50,777 bases of DNA from Chiloscyllium plagiosum (Eukaryota), in NCBI RefSeq assembly GCF_004010195.1, contig NW_025214782.1, forward strand, positions 1 to 50,777. The letters run 5' to 3'. Numbering within the stretch: position 1 is the first letter of the stretch; each line of letters starts with the position of its first letter. Below are positions 23,459 to 30,765 of this stretch, one piece after another. Under the pieces are notes generated by a model. The model saw nothing but the letters and a program-made list of their open reading frames with translations. It ran no database searches and had not been told where the DNA came from. A program made the position numbers and the translations under genes.

Positions 23459-23689
23459 AACACAAATTCCCAGCTCGGCGAATAGAACCACAACAACGAG
23501 CACCTGAGCTACCAATCTTCTCACAAACTTTGAGAAATGTGTATTGGTATGGGAGAAAGCACGAGATCACTACTCTGTAATGAACGCAGATGAAAAGCTG
23601 GTGTAAACATCATGGGTCAAATGACACCCTCTTGCCTTACGATTTCTGTGTGGATTGGTGCGATTCTCAAGAGTTCTCCAACTCTAATT

Positions 23690-24700
23690 ATACTGTGTCT
23701 TCATAACCTCATTGATCCTGTGCGATCCGTTTTACCTCAGAAATATCTATCAGTCAAAGCACCCCTCCTTATCTCTGTAACTCATACACGCCATTTTATA
23801 AACCTCCTTTCTCTGCAATCTCCTCTAAATACTCCCTCTCTATGTAATAATTCTCAAGGCCTCACAGCTTTGTCTGTAATTGCTCTGATACATAGAAAAC
23901 TCCCAATCTTTACAATTTCCTCCAGCTCTCAAAATCATCAGGGTCACTAATTGCCTCCCGCCCTGATAAATCTCATGATCTCCATAACCTCCTCCAGCCA
24001 TTACACTGTTCATTATTCAGTGCACCTTTCTCCATCCCTTACAAATCTGCCCATCTCTTAAACTTCCTCAAGTCCTTACAATGTTACCTGTTGTCTGACG
24101 TGCTCCAATCTGTAATCTGTTGTGTAAAATCCTCTAGGCCCTACAGCACTCCCTATTCTGTAACCACCTACACAGCTCCCTATCTCTGCAGCCTCAACAT
24201 TCTAAATCCCAACCTATCTGTGAAAACACCTCCAGCTCTCCTTATTTCTCTAATCTCCACCAGATCAAAAGAACACTCTTATTTATCTCGAATCTTCATT
24301 AGCTCTTTCAAATATCACTGTCTCTGAAATTCCTCCCGCTACTGCAATGCTCTCTCTGAAATCTTCCAAGAAAAGTCACATTCCTTTCAGGAGAACCTCG
24401 TCTTATTAATCTCCTGCAGTGCCAATACAAGGTTTTCTTTGTCTTCTGCAAGCTCTCTATCTCGAACCCTTCACCTATGACGTCCTTATTATCTCTGATC
24501 TCATTCAAAAACTTGATCGGCCTGTATATCTGTGACCTTCCCCAGGAGGGGGAATGGCTTTTCTGGAGTTGGGGTAGATTTTGTGTTTGGAGGATGTCAT
24601 AAATATATGACTGTTTGTAGAAAGTAGGGATTTACAGAGGTAGGATGGGTGACAGAACATGAGGGATGTTACAGAGACTGATATTTGTAGGCACAGACAA
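23690..24700. repeat. Degenerate ~36-bp minisatellite; pyrimidine-rich to ~24545, then purine-rich (orientation flip)
   Basis: CTCCATAACCTCCTCCAGCC (23980) and CTCCCTATCTCTGCAGCCTC (24176), versus GGATTTACAGAGGTAGGATGGG and GATGTTACAGAGA after 24620. Confidence 0.65.
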
Positions 24701-25038
24701 AATAATCTGTGGTTTGCCTGTTTGGCTATAATTTTAAGAGGAAAAATGCTGTTAGACTGCAAATGTATGGGCCTCTTATTGAGTTTGGGATCAGCCTGTT
24801 CTAACTGTGGGACTCCATACTGAAATAGGTGTGAGCAGCTAACCCCGAAAAGGCTGGGCAGAGTCTGTAATCTTCCAAATCATATTTGGGAGATCACTTC
24901 CAGGATAGGTGAAAGCAGCTGACAATATTCAGGCAAGGCAGGAAGCATGGGATTTTACTGATCTGATTGTGGGATTCATTTCCAGAATGGATGCGAGTAG
25001 CTATAAGTACCTAATGCACTGGGCTGGTTCAGTTCTGA

Positions 25039-25266
25039 ATGTACTTACCTATTCTGTATCCATATCTGCATGTGATTCCGAACTGACATTGTTACAACAG
25101 AAGTGACTGCTTAAAAAAAGCAATTCCCAGGTAGGAATACTTGACCAGGGTCAACTCAACAGAGCCTCAGATAAGATTAAGTTCTCACTTCCTGAAATGT
25201 TACAATTGAAAAGTATTTTATGAGAACAATACTTGTTTCATCTGGTGTGAATTCAGTCTGCATCAT
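25039..25266 (-). pseudogene. Decayed PRD-class (DUX/mxtx-like) homeobox; second homeodomain
   Basis: MMQTEFTPDETSIVLIKYFSI (25266-25204), then a 64-nt GT..AG segment, then YSYLGIA (25139-25119), a frameshift, and MQIWIQNR*VH (25071-25039). Order and spacing fit a homeodomain of the FTPSQTxIL...F...YPGIA...RIQIWFQNRRAR type. Confidence 0.62.
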
Positions 25267-25360
25267 TGACCCGAATCTCTATGGTAGGACAGATCAGTTC
25301 ACCTGTCACAGTGTGGGCTCTATCTGTAGGCCTTGTGTAACTTAACCACTTCTCACAACA

Positions 25361-25518
25361 CAACCTAGCCCTCCCACCAGCTCCCCGATCTGGTGGATTC
25401 TTTTTTCTGATACAGACAGACACAGTTATCATTTTCATCAGGTTTCGTGGAGAGTTTCTCTTTGTAAGATTACAGTAGACAAAATATTGATCTGGCTGGT
25501 CCAGCTCACTTTTCACTT
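25361..25518 (-). pseudogene. Possible first homeodomain of a decayed double homeobox
   Basis: In the same frame as the start of the second domain: K*KVSWTSQINILSTVILQRETLHET**K**LCLSVSEKRIHQIG, then GRARL after a 1-nt shift. W8/Q12/L16/Q46/I47/R53-A54-R55 spacing fits with one codon deleted. Confidence 0.42.
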
Positions 25519-25699
25519 CAACCAAAACCTAAATCTATCTTTGTCCTTGTAATGTCCTTCAGCCCCTAGAACAATCCATATCTCTAAAATATCCCGCTGT
25601 CTTCGCACACCTTCCTATCACTGTAAACCTTTCCCAAATTTACATTCATCATGGTTTCTGGCACTTGCTGTCATCCCCAAATTCCTTCCTGCTTTTTCA

Positions 25700-25870
25700 A
25701 CAAGGCAAATGAAGCAATAGGAGAAATAGAATGAAAAAAGACACACATCACTGCAGTATGACCAAGACTGAGAACCAAATAATCAAAGGCTTTCAGCATT
25801 TATACAAGAAGGAGAAAAAGACCACCACAGTGAAGTAGCATTGTGTATAAATGCAAAGATCAGTATTTTT
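25700..25870 (+). mobile_element. Very old CR1 endonuclease N-terminal fragment
   Basis: NKANEAIGEIE...ITAV...GFQHLYK...EVALCIN resembles NKADEL...IIAITETW...GY...GVAL. Confidence 0.4.
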
Positions 25871-25879
25871 GTGATGCTA

Positions 25880-27290
25880 ATCAATTTACACACGACTCCT
25901 CTCTGTCCTTTCCCTGATCCCTTTATATTGATTCTCTCTATATTGTCTAAATATTAGAAATTTCTTCAACACAGAGGAGATTACTTGCGAAATGGTCTGC
26001 ACTTACTGAAAAGGTGCCAGCCAGCTTCATCGTTTCAAAAAAAAAATCATTGTTATGATTCCACAAAAACTGTAGTACTTCAGGTTCAGATCTAGGCATA
26101 TTTTTAAAATTTTCAAGAGTTTCTGCTTCTACTCCACTTCCATGCATCACTCCCGATCCCTTCCTTACTCTGGGTTAAATAACAACTTTACTCACTACTT
26201 CTCTAATATTTCATCCAATTACATTAATTATTTGCTGCTGGTAACTGAGCTCTCCGATAAGAACAAGACAGTCCCTCCCTCTCTATCCAGGCCCTTGGAA
26301 ACATGTGCAGGTTAATCAAATCTCCTCTCAGCATCCTCCACTTCAACCTTTCCTCATAACTGCATTTTCACTTTCCCACGATAACAAACCTCTTCTGTAC
26401 TATCTCCAAGAGTGAAACATGCTGGAAACGTCAATTCTCCTGGCACTCTGATGCTACCAGACCTGCTGTGCTTTTCCCACACCACACTCTTTGACTCTAA
26501 TTTCCAGCATCTGCAATCCTCACATTCTTCTGTACACTCTCCATTCTAATTCCATCCTGCCATATGATATAGTGACCAGAATTACATGCAGCACACTGTA
26601 ACTGAACGAATTACTTATACAGTTCAAGTGTAAGTTTCCTGCTCTGACATTCTGCACTTGAACTGAGAGAGGAAACAGTGCCAACTGCTGCCTTATCTAG
26701 AGCTTTGACGAGCCCAGCTACCTTCAGGGATATGTCCACACTGACAGTATGCTCATTTGTTGTGTCTTCTTTCTATTGTTTGCTATCCCTAAATAACTTG
26801 ACTTACACTTCTCCAGGTTGCTTGCTACAGTCAACTGGACATCATAGCTTCCATTTTTAAGCAAACTGCTATGTGATCCTCATCAAATCCAAATAAGTCA
26901 CATCAACTGTACGAGTCTCTGAATGAAAACCAAACAGCCAGATTAATTACACATAGCCTTCCCTGCAGAAATTCAGGCTGACCGTCCTGGGATTTTCTAA
27001 CGGACCATTCTTCCTGCCTCGCAGATTCTGATCTGTTAGTATTCAGTCAGCCCCTTGCTTCATACTAAACAAAGCTACAATTACAGCAGGTCTCTGACAC
27101 TTTGCCTCTACCTGGTGAGGAACGGAAAATGATGGACAATGAGAAAGCATGGCTGGTGATTTTACTCCCCAGCTACTTTTAATAGTATGGAACAGTGTTT
27201 TCGTCACCCTCAAGGATGTGAATCTCTTTTATAGGTCCTCTCTAAGTTTATAACTTACAATATTTTGCACTACAAAATCTGCACAAGACA
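25880..27290 (-). mobile_element. Old CR1 ORF2 relic
   Basis: GVEAETLENFK in ORF 25947..26150. Plus-strand CR1 antisense signatures (TAGTGACCAGAATTACATGCAG, CCTTCAGGGATATGT). Confidence 0.6.
26409..26525 (+). mobile_element. Penelope-derived tail fragment with TSD (same family as 16416-16628)
   Basis: GAAACGTCAATTCTCCTG...ACCTGCTGTGCTTTTCC...CCAGCATCTGCAATCCTCAC. Flanked by TCTTCTGTAC(TA/AC)TCTCCA at 26391-26408 and 26526-26543. Confidence 0.75.
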
Positions 27291-27619
27291 AGGGCCTGAT
27301 TTTTTTTGTTTTGGCCAATCTCAGTTCTGTCAGTTTCATGGAGGGTTTTTCTCCACAAGTCTCAGTGAATGTTCTCATGATAACATCCTCAATCCGCCTC
27401 ATTAACTACCTTCCCTGCCTCTATGTCCCTTCTTTCATCTGATCCGAGCCCAATGATTATTTTGCGGTTTGTTATAGGCATAAAAACTGCCCACTGCCTG
27501 GATATCCCAGAATGCACGAGATTCCCTGTTACAGATGCCATTTTTAAAAAGTCATTACACTGTTGGATTGTCACTCCAATACTACCCTGGACATGGTGGG
27601 GGTGTGGGTGAGGTTTAGG

Positions 27620-28270
27620 GGAAGGTTGTAAAATTAGGATCCCACGTTGTGGCCAAGCCCCCGCGGATAAGGTGGATGGCATGTTGCAGGAGAGGGACAT
27701 TATCTTTCTCCAGGACTTGCAGGGGAGGCCACAACACCAGACCCTACAAGCTTGGTCCGAGGGTGACCCCTGGGTCAGTGAGGTGCCAGTCTTTTGAGTT
27801 AATGCCCAGCAGTGTAGAAAGGAGGTCAGTGACCTTCCCCACTCCACCAGGGAAAATACCACCATCTGCACTTTGTGACCTCACCCACACTCTCTCTCTG
27901 TTACTGCACCCACCTCCCACTGATTCTCATGTTCTCCCACCTCCCACCAAGGCTCATGTTCTCCCACCCTTACTGAATGCAGCACCTTCTCTCAGTCTCT
28001 GCAACCTCACCTCTGTCCCTCTGCCCAACTCTGCCTGGTGTCTGTGCTGCCTATTCACTCACTCAGGACACCTCGCTAACATTCCCCAAGCTGTACCAGC
28101 ATTAACAGCTGTACCAACACTTTCCATCTCCCTTAATTCCTCTTGCTAATTTTCACATCCCAGAAGGAACCATTCCACATTAGGAGAGAAAGAGCCAAGA
28201 GGCACAGGAGTTTCCCCAACATTCAGCTCCTCACCCCCTCACAGGGGAAGGATCCTGACCCTTACAACCA
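27620..28270 (+). pseudogene. PIF/Harbinger-type Myb/SANT-like (trihelix) DNA-binding gene relic, two exons
   Basis: Exon A (~27621-27851): IPRC...KVDGMLQERDIIFLQDLQGRPQHQTLQAWSEGDPWVSEVPVF*VNAQQCRKEVSDL. A pyrimidine-rich intron ends ...ATCCCAG (28163). Exon B: KEPFHIRRERAKRHRSFPNIQLLTP (cf. AHNRRERxKTGGGxPxIxxLTP). Confidence 0.72.
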
Positions 28271-28292
28271 TGAGACAAACCATGAGAGGCTG

Positions 28293-28506
28293 ACTGACCG
28301 TGCCCAAGCTCCCGGACTGAGATCTGAGATTCCCCCTGACTCACTGCGCTGGGCACCGTGGCTGACCGTGCCCAAGCTCCCGGACAGGGATCTGAGACTC
28401 CCCCTGACTCATTGTGCTGGGCACCGTGACTGACCGTGTCCGAGCTCCCGGACGGGGATCTGAGACTCCCCCTGACTCACTGTGCTGGGCGCCGTGACTG
28501 ACTGTG
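28293..28506. repeat. 68-bp CpG-rich tandem repeat, ~3.1 copies
   Basis: Units start at 28293, 28361, 28429 and 28497. Each full unit contains TGACTCA. Confidence 0.93.
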
Positions 28507-28661
28507 GACAATGATATCACGCTTCATGGTTTTGTGTCTGTGCTAAACACCAAGACAATACAGCAGACGGGTGAGCCTGGTAGCTCTGGCTGAGGAGTAA
28601 CACTGCTGAGGGCAGGGTAAGGCAAGGCAATAATTCCGTGAGTATTCAAGTCAGCTAAAAG

Positions 28662-28840
28662 TGAGTGTGTACAAACATGGAGTGAGCAGCCCAGAGGGAC
28701 AGTCCATGAGCTGGGTGTGTGTCCCTGAGCACAATGTCCTTGCAGCAGCATTGAGTGTGTACAAACACGGAGTGAGCAGCCGAGAGGGACAGTCCATGAG
28801 CTGGGTGTGTCCCTCTGAGTACAGTGTCCTTGCAGCAGCA
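28662..28840. repeat. 90-bp tandem duplication, 2 copies
   Basis: TGAGTGTGTACAAACA(T/C)GGAGTGAGCAGCC...GTCCTTGCAGCAGCA at 28662 and 28752. Confidence 0.93.
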
Positions 28841-29209
28841 ATGCTGTGAGAGTTGTCAGTGCACCCTGAACTGCAGCATTGAAGTACACAAGGGTACTGT
28901 CAGTGGGTCGGATATGTGCTGGGATGGCATGGTGAGGCTGGCATGTGACAGATGCCAGCATGGGTGGGTGTGGAGTACATGCAACTTATATCTGCAGTGT
29001 CCCCCAAGACGTTAGTGTCCAAAATTGAAAGCCGTCGGAGCGAGGGGCGAGATGGAATCACCAGTTACCAGCTCTAACGTTCATGTCAATTCTCCATATT
29101 GAGTTTCCCCGCAGTGGGAGGGAGGATATGAAGCTGCAAGTTGATGAGGAGAGATCAGTAATATTGTGGCTGTTGATCATCAGTAATCATTCAGTGAGCA
29201 TCTCGCCAC

Positions 29210-30400
29210 TGCTGCGCTCAAATCTTGACTTAAAGAACAGTCCAGCACAGGGACAGGCCCTTCAGCCAAGCAAGCCCACTCTGACACATGATACCCTTCG
29301 AAAGTTGAAACGAAAGTTTTTGCATCTGCCCATTCTATGTCATTCTATTCGTTACTGTCTCTTCTCTGTGACAATATGTCTCTTAAACCTTGCTATATTA
29401 GCTTCTTCCCCTCTATCGGTGTATTCCAGGCACTTTCACATTCTGTCTGGAACAGCAAAAACAAACTTGCTTATCATATCTCCTGAACTTTCTCCCTTTT
29501 ACCTAAAACCTACAGTCCTGAGTAATTGATATTTCTACTCTGGGAAAAAGCTTCTAACTGTCCTTCTATCTATGCTTCTGGTAATTTTGTAAATATCTAT
29601 CAGGTAGCCCCATAGCCACTGATGCCCAGCTGCCCACAAACCATGTTTGTTCAATTTTTCCTTCTGGCTAATATCCTCAAAACCAGGCAACATGCTGGGA
29701 AATCTTTCCACAACCTCTCCAATACTTCCACATCGTTCTGCTCGTGTGGCAACCAGTACTGTACACAATATTCCAAACGTGCCCGAACTAAGTTTCTTAC
29801 AGCTGCAATGTGACCTGCTAATGTTCATATTGTATGCTCTGATGCATGTCTGCAAGTTTGCCATCAGTTTTCCTGATCACCCTATCCACCCGTATTACCA
29901 CTTTTAGGGGAATGTGGAGCTGGACACCCTTTGGATGTTGATGCAATCAGTAGTTTTTCCATCTACTGTATACTTCTCTCCTGCATTAGACCTTCTAAAA
30001 CGCATCACGTCACAGTTGTCCAGATAAAGTTACATCTGTATTTTCTCTGCCCAAGTCTGCAGGAGTCCTACATCCTGCTGTATTCTCTGGCACTCATCCT
30101 CACAATCTGCAACTCCACCAATCTACTTACAGATCTCCAGTCACAAAAACTCTGTTCCAACACTACTCTGTCTTCTAAGACCACGCAATTCTCTATCCAT
30201 CTTACTAAATGACCACTGATCCCATTTCACTTCACCTTCTGTATGAGCCTGCCATAAAGAACAACATCAAAGGTCTTGCTAAGGTGCAAACGGGTAACCT
30301 CCAACCCTATGCCGTCATCAATGAATTTTGTCACTTCCTCAACAATTCAATCAAGTTTGTGAGACAGGACCTTCCATACACAACGGAGTTGCCTGTCACT
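29210..30400 (-). mobile_element. CR1 LINE RT-to-3'-end relic
   Basis: ORF 29535..29864: ERFPSMLPGFEDISQKEKLNKHGLW...WLWGYLIDIYKITRSIDR. DFSKTFD-like sequence near 30270-30290. CR1 tail near 29240. Confidence 0.82.
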
Positions 30401-30484
30401 CGTAAGACTATATTAGATACTGATGGAGCTCCATTCATTCAGACAAGCGATTATTCCATCATATTGCTGACTGGAACCTTGGAG

Positions 30485-30763
30485 AGTAAATTAGATTCCC
30501 TGCAGTGTGGAAGCAGGACCTTCGGCACAAACAGTCCGCAGCAACCCTCCGAAGAGTAACCCACCCAGACCCATTTCCCTCTGACTAAATCAACTAACAC
30601 TATGGAAGATTTAGCATGGGCAATCCAACTGAGCTGCACATCTTTGGACTGTGGGAGGAAGCCCACGCAGACAAGGGGTGAATGTGCAAATTTCAAACAG
30701 ACAGTCACCCCAGGACCTTGGTGTTGTGAGGTAGCAGTGCAAACCACTGAACCGCCGTGCTGC
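30485..30763 (-). mobile_element. tRNA-derived HE1/V-SINE, near full length
   Basis: Minus strand: GCACGGCGGTTCAGTGGTTTGCACTGC head (A box), V domain TTCCTCCCACAGTCCAAAGATGTGCAG, and LINE-like tail CACACTGCAGGGAATCTAAT. B box region appears deleted. Confidence 0.85.
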
Positions 30764-30765
30764 TC

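Larger units (their letters stand above)
22494..23533 (+). mobile_element. Internally deleted Penelope-like element (GIY-YIG endonuclease) with inverted terminal repeat
   Basis: ORF 23019..23261: NVVYKIPCKDYTKHYIGQTGRQLTIRIHEH...REFLEA (GIY-YIG). RT-thumb remnant TKVYR*ATHTDQVLNYESSHPNTHKRSCIK at ~22850-22945. 22495-22830 is the reverse complement of 23160-23496. TSD GAAATGTGTA at 22484-22493 and 23534-23543. Confidence 0.92.
21580..23650 (+). mobile_element. Old CR1 RT-to-3'-end relic, split by a Penelope element (host parts 21580-22493 and 23534-23650)
   Basis: SEVPQDSVL (cf. SGVPQGSVLG), WLRGDRMQFFKLI, TRGHRF, FKRGLDDY motifs. The 3' UTR resumes after 23534. Confidence 0.7.

Noticed and set aside
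25049..25109. Candidate functional small exon on the minus strand (TTTTTTTAAGCAG acceptor, AG|GTAAGT donor)
   Set aside because: The splice-like signals are real, but both lie within the homeobox alignment, which continues past them. More simply explained as decay products; not excluded without RNA data.
25253..25525. 90-aa minus ORF as an intact gene
   Set aside because: No ATG start and no recognisable domain in that frame. Only its GRARL and linker part seems to belong to the frameshifted homeobox relic.
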